Made by a program: the position numbers and the translations under genes. The notes under the pieces were generated by a model. The model saw nothing but the letters and a program-made list of their open reading frames with translations. It was not told the origin of the DNA and did no database searches. Of a stretch of DNA of 64,000 nucleotides, positions 1-8,430 are shown piece by piece. Source of the DNA: a bacterium (GTDB taxonomy: Bacteria > Bacteroidota > Ignavibacteria > Ignavibacteriales > Melioribacteraceae); the NCBI GenBank assembly GCA_043805435.1, contig JAZDHY010000092.1:6668-70667 (forward strand). Direction: 5' to 3'. Each line of letters opens with the position of its first letter. Position 1 is the stretch's first letter.

Positions 1-126
1 AATTGAAATAGGTTCTTTCCCTTTTATATAATAATTACCGGGAATTAAACTATTTCTTCTCATCTCATTTACAGCACCTTTAGTACTTATTGATCTTCTC
101 GTTGCAGTTAAATTATAATCTGCCAT
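1..126 (-). CDS. ctc: 50S ribosomal protein L25 / general stress protein Ctc, N-terminal part (3' end cut by window edge)
   Basis: Reverse strand from ATG at 126..124 reads MADYNLTATRRSISTKGAVNEMRRNSLIPGNYYIKGKEPISI. This matches the L25/Ctc N-terminal pattern (basic stretch, then 'IPG/AvlYGkG.eP'). Synteny with prs is the typical prs-ctc arrangement. Confidence 0.7.
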   Translation of the reverse strand, partial: MADYNLTATRRSISTKGAVNEMRRNSLIPGNYYIKGKEPISI

Positions 127-290
127 TGTATCTCCAAATAATTTTCTTAATTCTTGCTAACAATACTTAAAACTTTATAACTTACAAAACTAATGAATAA
201 ATTTCAAATTTGAAAGTGTTTAATAAAAAAAATATTTTTGTTTTATTTCTTTTATCTAATATTGCGAATTGAAGGACAAAAAATATACCT

Positions 291-443
291 TTATTTTGTT
301 ATAATTACAACTTCTCTTTTTATTCCAAGTTTTTTCATTTTACTGCCAAGAGTTTTGCCGTTTATTCCTAATAACTGTGAGGCACTTTTTTCTCCTGTAA
401 TTTTCCCGTTTGTTAAATTAAGTGCTTCAATTATGTGTTCTTT
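291..443 (-). pseudogene. Orphan remnant of a Fis-type HTH (C-terminus of a sigma54-dependent/NtrC-family activator)
   Basis: Minus-strand reading gives KEHIIEALNLTNGKITGEKSASQLLGINGKTLGSKMKKLGIKREVVIITK*. This fits the HTH_8 pattern 'E+..I..AL....GN...AA.LLGI.R.TL..K+KK.GI'. An in-frame TAA lies immediately upstream (444-446), there is no start codon, and no AAA+ domain lies upstream. Confidence 0.45.
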
Positions 444-1219
444 TTAATTGTTTATTTAATTGGTTAAGTTGCAAACAATTATTTTTTGCTTGCTGATTTA
501 TCATAAAGCTAATTAAAACAATACATATAATTTTGTTTAATTTAGAATAATTGAGAAGAGCCACAAATGAAATAAAATGCAGCAAATATTTATTCCCCAA
601 ATGATTATTTGGATATTAAAACAAATCATTAATAACTATTTCTATCCTTAAATCCTTTATTATAATTATTTCATTTTCATAGGTCTCAAATGTCAATTAT
701 TTGTTAAAGATTAAAGGGAAAATGGTTCTTCAGTATTTTTAATGGAAAATAAAATAAATAGTCTATTTCGTTTTATTAAACCCAAATTAGCAATTTGGTA
801 TATTTGTAAACTAACTACACCCAAAACAACCCAACAACTAAATAATAGTTTAATAAGTTTTTAAAAAAATAACAGAATGTTGATTTGAGAATTTTGAAAA
901 GATCTTAAATATATAGAATCAATTGTAATCAGTCAATTCAGTATCATCTATATTCTTTTTTTATTTCTTTTATTCAAGCTAAAGCACACTCTGCAATTAA
1001 GGTTCATTACAATATTAAAATATTTCCCTTGGCTCTAGAACCAGTAATATCTAATTCAATGCGTCTATAAAACTATAATTCTTATTAGTCAATTTTTATA
1101 TTTCTGAACTTCTAAATATTTCCGTTTTTCTTTTTTGCTAATTTTACTGAAGAACAAAAAAACGGGTACAAAGCAAAAATATTCACTAAAGCTGCGTACC
1201 CCTAATTTTTTATAAATAT

Positions 1220-2164
1220 TTAGCCTTTATCGTTTTCAAATAAAGAACTGATGGATTCATGCTTATACGAACGAACAATAGCTTCCGCAAATAAACTTGC
1301 AACACTGCGTACTTCCAGTTTAGGATGACTTGTACCTTCGGGAAGTGCTACGGTATCGGTAACATAAAGTTTTTTAATTGGTGCAGCCATAATTTTTTCA
1401 ATTGCTCCACCGGAAAATACAGGATGTGTTACTGCACCGTAAATATCTAAAGCACCACGTTCTTTAATTGCATTAATAGTAGCAATAAAAGTACCACCTG
1501 TATCAATCATATCATCAACAAGTAAAACATTTTTATCTTTTACATCTCCAATAACATTCATAACTTCGGCAAAATTTGCTTCAGGTCTTCTTTTATCAAT
1601 AACAACTAAACTGCCGTTTAATCTTTTTGAATATGCTCGTGCAATTTTAATACCGCCAAAATCGGGTGCGGCAATTGCCAAATCAGGAATTTTATCTTTA
1701 AATATTCCTGTAAATATTGGAGAAGCAAAAATATGATCAAAAGGAATATCAAAAAAACCTTGAATTTGAGCAGCATGCAAATCCATAGTTATTACTCTGT
1801 CGGCTCCGGCTACAGTAATAAGATTTGCTAAAAGTTTTGCAGTAATGGAAACTCGGGGCTGGTCTTTCCTATCTTGACGGGCATAACCAAAATAAGGTAT
1901 TACAGCAGTAACACGTTTTGCCGAAGCACGTTTTGCAGCATCAATCATAATAAGTAATTCCATAATATGATCTGCAGGAGGATGTGTGGATTGAATAATA
2001 AAAACATCTCTGCCTCTAATATTCTCTAAATATTTGACCCATATTTCACCGTCCGAAAAACGTTTGGATATTATTTCGCCCGGCTCGATGCCTAAATATT
2101 TAACAATACGATCTGTTAAAACTGAACTTGTTATTCCTGAAAATATTCTTGGTGGATTTTCCAT
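1220..2164 (-). CDS. prs: Ribose-phosphate pyrophosphokinase (PRPP synthetase)
   Basis: 314 aa with full-length Prs pattern: 'RFSDGE', 'PYFGYARQDRK', 'DLHA.QIQGFFDIP' and the PRPP loop 'VLLVDDMIDTGGT'. Confidence 0.95.
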   Translation of the reverse strand: MENPPRIFSGITSSVLTDRIVKYLGIEPGEIISKRFSDGEIWVKYLENIRGRDVFIIQSTHPPADHIMELLIMIDAAKRASAKRVTAVIPYFGYARQDRKDQPRVSITAKLLANLITVAGADRVITMDLHAAQIQGFFDIPFDHIFASPIFTGIFKDKIPDLAIAAPDFGGIKIARAYSKRLNGSLVVIDKRRPEANFAEVMNVIGDVKDKNVLLVDDMIDTGGTFIATINAIKERGALDIYGAVTHPVFSGGAIEKIMAAPIKKLYVTDTVALPEGTSHPKLEVRSVASLFAEAIVRSYKHESISSLFENDKG

Positions 2165-2435
2165 TGGTATTATATTTTATAATTAGAAAGTAAAATATAA
2201 ATATTTCTAATTTTGAAGTCAATTCAATCCCCATCACTTAAAAATATATTTTACAATTTAAAAAATATAATTGTTTATAAATAGATATATTTGTCCATTT
2301 TAAGCCAATATTAACAAAATATTAATATTAGTTTAAATTTTTACTATAATAGTTAGTAATTATAATTAATAACAAGACATTATGTGTTATATATCACAAA
2401 TAGTAATTATTTTTAGATATGGATCAATTTTTCAC

Positions 2436-2464
2436 TTGACAAGTGCACATTTGCGCACTATATT
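2436..2464 (+). promoter_or_regulatory. sigma70-type promoter of lexA (TTGACA-N17-TATATT) with an imperfect palindrome AGTGCACATTTGCGCACT filling the spacer (candidate LexA operator)
   Basis: TTGACA lies at 2436-2441 and TATATT at 2459-2464, with an exact 17-nt spacer. The arms AGTGC...GCACT (2442-2459) form an inverted repeat 30 nt upstream of the lexA ATG. LexA is normally autoregulated. Confidence 0.5.
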
Positions 2465-2494
2465 TGTAGTAAACAAAATAACACTATTTTATTT

Positions 2495-3115
2495 ATGAAA
2501 AATATAACAGATAGACAACAAGAAATTTTAGACTTTATACAAGAGTTTATTAATATTAACTCTTATCCGCCAACTTACCGCGAAATTGGTAAAAGATTTA
2601 ATATTGCTTCTACCTACGGGGTAAAAAGGCATTTAGATGCTTTACAAAAAAAAGGATTTCTTGAAACAGGTAAAAACACAAGCCGTACAATTTCTGTTGT
2701 TCAATCAAATGAAACCAATTACAGCAATACTATTGAAATTCCAATTGTAGGAAGAGTAGCAGCCGGTTATCCTGTATTATCGGAAGAAAACATTGACGGT
2801 AGTCTTATGTTAGATTCTTCGATGGTTAAAACCGATAAAATATGTTTTGCATTACGTGTAAAAGGTGAAAGTATGATACGTGCCGGAATTATGGAAGGTG
2901 ATTATGTAATAGTTGCCCAACAGAACACGGCAAATAACGGAGAAATTGTTGTTGCAGCAGTAAATGACGAGGCAACTTTAAAAAGATTTAACAAAACAGC
3001 CGCCGGAATTCAATTAATTCCCGAAAATGAAAATTTTTCGCCTATTGCTATAAACTTTTCTGATAATTTCTCGATAATAGGAAAAGTGATTGGAGTTTTT
3101 AGGTGGTACAAATAA
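2495..3115 (+). CDS. lexA: LexA repressor (S24 peptidase)
   Basis: N-terminal winged HTH ('LT.RQQEILDFI...GYPPTYREIG') is present. So are the Ala-Gly cleavage site 'VAAGYP', the catalytic Ser in 'KGESM' and the Lys in 'ATLKRF'. Confidence 0.93.
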   Translation: MKNITDRQQEILDFIQEFININSYPPTYREIGKRFNIASTYGVKRHLDALQKKGFLETGKNTSRTISVVQSNETNYSNTIEIPIVGRVAAGYPVLSEENIDGSLMLDSSMVKTDKICFALRVKGESMIRAGIMEGDYVIVAQQNTANNGEIVVAAVNDEATLKRFNKTAAGIQLIPENENFSPIAINFSDNFSIIGKVIGVFRWYK

Positions 3116-3129
3116 TAGTGAGGTATATA

Positions 3130-3381
3130 ATGAGAACAGAAGATATATTAAAAGCCGCTATAAATAACAGAAATAAGATTGAGTTTGATTACAATCTAAG
3201 CAATTATTCAGTGGAACCGTACTATATTGCAAAAAATCGTTTTGGCAAAACTGTTATTTTTGGGCGTGTAAATAACTCGCACCGTATTCAATCGTTTGAA
3301 TCCGAATTAATTAGAAATATCAGATTAATAGATTACGAACATTTTTCACCACTTATTCCTATTCTCCCGCAGTTTAATTAG
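3130..3381 (+). CDS. Small (83 aa) protein with a WYL-like pattern, second gene of the lexA operon
   Basis: I moved the start to ATG 3130, which follows the SD-like GTGAGG at 3117-3122; the track start at 3103 overlaps lexA. The sequence 'IEFDYN..YSVEPYYIAKNRFGKTVIFGRVNNSHRIQSFESELIRNIRLI' resembles the WYL core 'i.Y....R.v.P..l....wyl.g......r.Frl.rI'. This is pattern-level evidence only. Confidence 0.4.
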   Translation: MRTEDILKAAINNRNKIEFDYNLSNYSVEPYYIAKNRFGKTVIFGRVNNSHRIQSFESELIRNIRLIDYEHFSPLIPILPQFN

Positions 3382-3401
3382 TATAAATTACGAGGTGAAC
3401 C

Positions 3402-3791
3402 ATGGCACGCAAATATTCTACACGAGAAAGAGTTGACGAGCTGATAAATCACTTTTGGCGTAATGGATATTTAACTTTAAGCAGAAAGTATGGCAAATAT
3501 TTGCCGGAACCAAAACCGATTGGCGAATATTCTGTTGATGCTGTTGGAAAATATAAAAAGAAATATGTAATTGGTCTTATTCTTAGCGAAGAAGATTTTG
3601 AAGATAATAGAATTGTTTCCAAATTAAATTATTTGGCAACACGCCAAAACACACGTTACGATATTAAAGTTACACTTTATATCGGTGTACCACAAGATAG
3701 AGTTTACGAAGCTTCTTTGTTAATTGAAAAAACAAACTCTGAAGCTAAAAAAAATATAAAGATAGTCCCCCTCCCCGATTCTGATAGATAA
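3402..3791 (+). CDS. Hypothetical 129-aa protein, third gene of the lexA operon
   Basis: A good SD (GAGGTG) sits 6 nt upstream of the ATG. The gene is in the same orientation as lexA, 20 nt after the previous ORF, and is followed by a strong terminator. No family was recognised. Confidence 0.6.
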   Translation: MARKYSTRERVDELINHFWRNGYLTLSRKYGKYLPEPKPIGEYSVDAVGKYKKKYVIGLILSEEDFEDNRIVSKLNYLATRQNTRYDIKVTLYIGVPQDRVYEASLLIEKTNSEAKKNIKIVPLPDSDR

Positions 3792-3793
3792 AT

Positions 3794-3821
3794 AAAAAGC
3801 CGCCTTTTAGGCGGTTTTTTA
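3794..3821. terminator. Bidirectional rho-independent terminator between the lexA operon and the convergent NTPase gene
   Basis: The sequence is AAAAA GCCGCC TTTTA GGCGGT TTTTTT. A GC stem is flanked by an A-run and a T-run. Confidence 0.8.
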
Positions 3822-3880
3822 TTTATAGCAAACTTTAGTCTTTTTTAGCTTTACAATATATTATTCAAATCTAACTAAAA

Positions 3881-6800
3881 CTAATAATCTAATTCAGTAT
3901 TCCATTCCGGACATTTATTTTCATCTATTATTTGGTGAACTATTTCCAATAAATCATTTGGGATACTACCCGATTTCTTCGATTCGGAAAGAAGCATTTT
4001 TTTAGCAGTTTGTTTAACTAATTTTTTAAGATTTGGATGCGAAAATGCAATTTTAATATTATCTCCATAATGAATATCATTGTTAATCTGTTTTATTGGT
4101 TTTACAATTTCCGTTTCCCAATGTATTAATATTGCTTCGCATAATTTAAATACTTTTTGAGGATATAAACGATGAGAATATAAAACATTGTTAATAAGTG
4201 AAGCATTACTGTGTTTATAGTTGTTAATTATATTATTACATTCCGAGTGCCAAAGTTGTATCCCATGTAATGGAATTTTTAATATTTGACTGAAATGAAA
4301 ATATTGTTTTCCACCTTTATTTTTTGAATTTATTATTAAGGTTACTATATCTATAATAAATTTAGGATATGTTGTAGCATCTGTAAAGCAAAAAAAAGAC
4401 TGAAAGACAATTCTCCAATCAATAAATTCCCAATTATTCAAAATGTAAGTTGCTTTATTAACATCTTTGGAAATCTTAATTGCTTGAGATACAATATCTC
4501 TATTCAATTTAAAGAAATCCTGCTGCGAAAGAATAAGTATAGCAACTTTCTGTTTTTCAATATCATTACTCGAAATCCTTAGAGCCATTGTGACCAATTG
4601 GTTAGACAATTCAAACAAATCCGGTTTTGAAAGAATAATTGTTGACGCTACCTGCCTTTGATTTTCATTTTTCGAAATTTTCATTGCAACCGATACTAAA
4701 TCAGGAGGTAATTTAAATATATCCGGTTGTGATAGTATAGTGCTTGCTGCTGCTTGCCTTTCATTTTCATTTTTCGAAATATTCATTGCAATCGATACAA
4801 TATCAGGAGATAATTTAAGTATATCCGGTTGTGAAAGTATAATACTGGAGGCAACTTGTCGTTTCTTTTCATCTTTTGATATTTTCAGAGCTTTTGATAC
4901 AAAATCGTGGGTCGATTTGAAAAAATCCGGTTTGGATAGAATAAATGATGCTGCTTTTTGTCGTTCATCTTCATGTTTTGAAATATTCATAGCAGTTGAT
5001 ACAATTGCTGAAGTCAATTTAAATAAATTCGGCTGGGATAGAATAATTGTTGCTGCTGCTTGTCTTTTATTTTCATTCTTAAAGATCTTCATAGCTGTTG
5101 ATACTATATCCTGAGGCAATTTGAAGAAATCCGGACGAGCTAGAATAAAAGATACGGCTCTTTGCTGTTCCTCTTCGCTTTTTGAAAGCTTGATTGCCGT
5201 TACTACTATTCCTTGCGATAATTTTAGGAAATCTGGTTGCGATAGTATATAAGTCACAGCTTTTCTCCCTTCAGGCAGAAATTGTATCTGATTTAAGCAT
5301 AGACAAATTACATCTTTCGAATATTCATTTTCTAAGAAATTATCTAAAATAGCAATTGCATAAGTGTTTTTTTCCTCCTCATCAATTTCGATTAAACCAT
5401 TAAAAAGATATTTTAAATAGCTGCCTCTATTACCCTTTTTGAATAATATTTTTATATAGTTCAATCTTTCTTGATTAGAAATATTTTCCTTATCTACTGT
5501 ACGAAATGTATATTCCAAATAGCTTGATGCTGAAAAATTTTCGCCTTCATTAATAAACATTGGTAGCATTTTAAGTTTGATACTGTCATCAAATTTGTAC
5601 CAGCCATTTATTTTTAACTTACTCAAACCTTCATCTGCCAAAATATCGTGATTAAAAGCAACAAGCAGTAATTGTCCGGCAGACTTAATTGCACCGGTTG
5701 TCTGATTCATATAGATATCTAATATAGGTTTTATCTCCTTTGAAGCAAAAGCAAATTTACTCGATTCTCCTCTCTCCTCAAACAAATCACATAGTTTAAT
5801 AAAAATATCAAAACTAATTAACAGTCTGCTTTCAGAATATACAGAGCCATAATAATAAAGCATTTTTGCCAAACCCAAATATTGTTTTGCAATTGCTTTT
5901 AAATCACTTTCTACAATTGTTAAAAAATGGCCGGTAAGTCCTTCGTATTGAATTGCATATTCATCGTCAATTTTGTTTTTAGATTGATATGTTCTTGCAA
6001 TAACCCAAAGTATTAAATATAACGAACTTTTATAGTCCGATTCCTCGGTCAATAACAAATCTGCGGTTGCCTTCCAGCGTGATATTTTTTCAAGAATTTT
6101 AGTAATTGTCTTTTTGTTTTCGCTTGCAAGTAATTCAATAATATTTTCATCAGGATTATAAATATGTTCGGTTGAAATTGAATTATCAATAGTGCGATCC
6201 CCTATTATAACTCGCACATTTGGGTAGTTACATATACTATCTATAATATTCTTTGCGTTTTCAGGGTTTATCTTTTCTTTATCAGGGTTCATTTTATACC
6301 AGTCTTCAATAAAAATCAAGAACATAATTTCAGTAAAATCATTCAGTTGGTTTATTCCTTTTTCGTAGAATTTTGATATTTCTTTAACATTTAACCATAA
6401 CACACAGATATTCTCTTCACTGCAAACAACTGCCAATCGCCTCATTAAAGTAGATTTTCCACTTCCGCCACGTCCATGTATAAGGGCAATTATTTTTGGC
6501 TCCCTATATTCATCAGCAAATGCTTTATCTATTTCCTTTTTTATTTTAATATAAGCATCTCTTTCAATATCCAATTTATTTAAAATACCGTACCACTGAC
6601 ACGTTTCATTTTTTTTTGCTAAATAAAAATCAGATTCCTTATATTTTTTCTTTTTACCAATAGACAAAGTATCACTAAGAAAACTTTTGCTGATAACTGT
6701 AGCACCTTCAATTTGGATAGAATCGAACAAACTTTCTTTGCTTCGAAATTTATTATGAGTATTTTTTACAATACGTTTAGAAAAACCGGTCAGCTTTTTA

Positions 6801-6925
6801 GAATAATAGTATATTATTGGAGTAGCAATTACTGTAATTATGCCAGTCACAATTCCTAAGGTTAAAGGATTTTCGTTTATGGCTTTCACAATATTATGAA
6901 ATATTTCTGTCATCCCCAAGCTCAA
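3881..6925 (-). CDS. Membrane-anchored P-loop NTPase (STAND-like) with a C-terminal array of 34-aa helical repeats
   Basis: 1014 aa. An N-terminal hydrophobic helix (LTLGIVTGIITVIATPIIYYY) is followed by Walker A 'HGRGGSGKST' (about 6455-6480) and Walker B-like 'MFLIFIEDW'. A helical region and eight tandem 34-aa repeats with consensus 'ILSQPDFFKL..DIVS.AMKISKNE..RQ.AA..' come next, then a C-terminal region of about 200 aa with no recognised family. Confidence 0.75.
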   Translation of the reverse strand: MSLGMTEIFHNIVKAINENPLTLGIVTGIITVIATPIIYYYSKKLTGFSKRIVKNTHNKFRSKESLFDSIQIEGATVISKSFLSDTLSIGKKKKYKESDFYLAKKNETCQWYGILNKLDIERDAYIKIKKEIDKAFADEYREPKIIALIHGRGGSGKSTLMRRLAVVCSEENICVLWLNVKEISKFYEKGINQLNDFTEIMFLIFIEDWYKMNPDKEKINPENAKNIIDSICNYPNVRVIIGDRTIDNSISTEHIYNPDENIIELLASENKKTITKILEKISRWKATADLLLTEESDYKSSLYLILWVIARTYQSKNKIDDEYAIQYEGLTGHFLTIVESDLKAIAKQYLGLAKMLYYYGSVYSESRLLISFDIFIKLCDLFEERGESSKFAFASKEIKPILDIYMNQTTGAIKSAGQLLLVAFNHDILADEGLSKLKINGWYKFDDSIKLKMLPMFINEGENFSASSYLEYTFRTVDKENISNQERLNYIKILFKKGNRGSYLKYLFNGLIEIDEEEKNTYAIAILDNFLENEYSKDVICLCLNQIQFLPEGRKAVTYILSQPDFLKLSQGIVVTAIKLSKSEEEQQRAVSFILARPDFFKLPQDIVSTAMKIFKNENKRQAAATIILSQPNLFKLTSAIVSTAMNISKHEDERQKAASFILSKPDFFKSTHDFVSKALKISKDEKKRQVASSIILSQPDILKLSPDIVSIAMNISKNENERQAAASTILSQPDIFKLPPDLVSVAMKISKNENQRQVASTIILSKPDLFELSNQLVTMALRISSNDIEKQKVAILILSQQDFFKLNRDIVSQAIKISKDVNKATYILNNWEFIDWRIVFQSFFCFTDATTYPKFIIDIVTLIINSKNKGGKQYFHFSQILKIPLHGIQLWHSECNNIINNYKHSNASLINNVLYSHRLYPQKVFKLCEAILIHWETEIVKPIKQINNDIHYGDNIKIAFSHPNLKKLVKQTAKKMLLSESKKSGSIPNDLLEIVHQIIDENKCPEWNTELDY
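4463..5248 (-). repeat. Coding tandem repeat, 102-bp period x about 8 (34-aa units R1-R8 of the NTPase)
   Basis: Unit starts fall at 5248, 5146, 5044, 4942, 4840, 4738, 4636 and 4534. The period was verified from the recurring 'atccggttgt' at 4721 and 4823. Degenerate units flank both ends. Confidence 0.9.
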
Positions 6926-7635
6926 TTATTTGTTGATAAAACTATTCAAACAATTGGACATAAATTATTTGTTGATATAGGCTTAGTTTATTTGCTTGTG
7001 GCAGAATTCCATTTCTATAAATATCAGCAGAATAATTATATTATTTTCACACTATTCTTCCAACTGCAATTATTTATATTGATTTTTTTTGATAAAAAGA
7101 AAATAATATATTTTCAGCTAAATTAATACTTATTTTTGTTAAAATTGTTTATTATTTATATTTTTTAAAATTTAACATTGGCTTTTACAAGTATATATAA
7201 ATTATTTGACCTGAATTATGCAATAGAAGAAACAATTGGCGTTGTTATTTTATGATGCAGAGAGGCAAGTAGAGAGAAACATGGTTTGGGTAGTTAATTT
7301 ATAAATGACGCTTCACTAACCTTTAGGTTGGGATTATTTAGATTAAAGCTTAGAATAATGTTAATACTCAAATTTCCACAAGTTGTTTTGTTTTTAAATA
7401 ATTATTCCCTTTAAAGGTCCTAAGATAATTGAGGAATGGTAAGATTTTCCTTAATTAATATTTTATTGATTACAGTATTAAACTTGGGTTAAAACCCAAG
7501 GTCGGTTTTATTCCACCACCGGCATAAATGCCGGTGTTATTTAAAATCTAACAACTTATTGTAATAGTGTACATTATCAAAATATTATTTTATTAAAGCA
7601 TTGCAGAAGTGAGCCACATTTTTAAACTAGCCTTA

Positions 7636-7670
7636 CAAAAAAAGCCGCAAATATTTAACAACTTACGGCT
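7636..7670 (-). terminator. Rho-independent terminator of the ABC-2/lipoprotein operon
   Basis: On the minus strand the sequence is GCCGUAA...UUUGCGGC followed by UUUUUUU. It lies about 50 nt after the stop at 7718. Confidence 0.6.
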
Positions 7671-7717
7671 TATTAATCTTTTCTTTTAATTCAAAATTAA
7701 GAATTAAAAATTCAAAA

Positions 7718-8422
7718 TTATTTTCTCTCTTTTTTCTTTTCAAAAAAACTATCTGCAATACCCTTGTTTATTTTATAGTTTGAATAATAAAGGTAAACAT
7801 CACCCGATATTCCATCTTTACTTTTTGATTTCTTTGCCGCATCGTCAGGGTCATCCATTTTGCCGGGCATATGACCGGACATATTCATACCAGCCATATT
7901 AAAATTAAATTTTACTTGTTTTGGCAATGGGTATTTAATACCGTCATCATATTTAAGGTCAATTTTAATAGCTCCGCCGCGCTTTGTGTTGGTTTCAATT
8001 TTATTAAGCACATATTTTTCCGCATCTACATACAAAGTAGTTAATATAACCTCTGACGAATCGCTATTTGGCAAAATTTTAATAATGTGTACTTTTTTAC
8101 CATCCAAATCGTCAAGTTTAACATAAACGGATGTAAAATCATCTGTTAAAAATTTTGCGGGATTATAATTTAATCCTTCCTTAGGCAGCATAGCAAAACC
8201 TTCGGAATCGAACTTAAATTTATCGGGTTGTTTAAAATATACTTTGGCTTTTGATTCGGGCATTTTTAAAAAACTAACATCCAGTTTTATTTTTAAATCA
8301 ACTTGATAATCTTTTACAACATTAAATCTTTCTTTAACTTTATCTAATATTTTTTGCGGATTTGTTTCTTGTGCAAAAAGACCGCCTGCAATAAAAAACA
8401 ATATTAAAATTACTTTTTTCAT
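7718..8422 (-). CDS. Secreted LolA-like / outer-membrane lipoprotein-sorting-fold protein (putative)
   Basis: It has a signal peptide (MKKVILILFFIAGGLFAQ), a beta-rich sequence and the start 'KILDKVKERF..VKDY', which is typical of LolA-fold DUFs. It is the last gene of the ABC-2 operon. Confidence 0.5.
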   Translation of the reverse strand: MKKVILILFFIAGGLFAQETNPQKILDKVKERFNVVKDYQVDLKIKLDVSFLKMPESKAKVYFKQPDKFKFDSEGFAMLPKEGLNYNPAKFLTDDFTSVYVKLDDLDGKKVHIIKILPNSDSSEVILTTLYVDAEKYVLNKIETNTKRGGAIKIDLKYDDGIKYPLPKQVKFNFNMAGMNMSGHMPGKMDDPDDAAKKSKSKDGISGDVYLYYSNYKINKGIADSFFEKKKERK

Positions 8423-8430
8423 AATTTATC

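Noticed and set aside
238-447. A 69-aa plus-strand ORF appears in the track.
   Set aside because: It is a low-complexity Phe/Ile/Leu-rich product of AT-rich DNA. The opposite strand carries a recognisable HTH remnant, so this is an antisense shadow.
3103-3129. The track places the start of the WYL-like ORF at 3103, overlapping lexA.
   Set aside because: ATG 3130 has an SD-like GTGAGG at the right spacing. The upstream 9 codons (MVQIIVRYI) overlap the lexA C-terminus and look non-coding.
4740-5114. A 124-aa plus-strand ORF lies inside the NTPase repeat region.
   Set aside because: It is antisense to a strongly supported 1014-aa gene. Its periodicity simply mirrors the 102-bp coding repeat.
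6896-7126. A 76-aa plus-strand ORF and the 61-aa ORF at 11512-11697 appear in the track.
   Set aside because: They are short and AT-driven, with no SD and no motifs. The first overlaps the 5' end of the NTPase gene.
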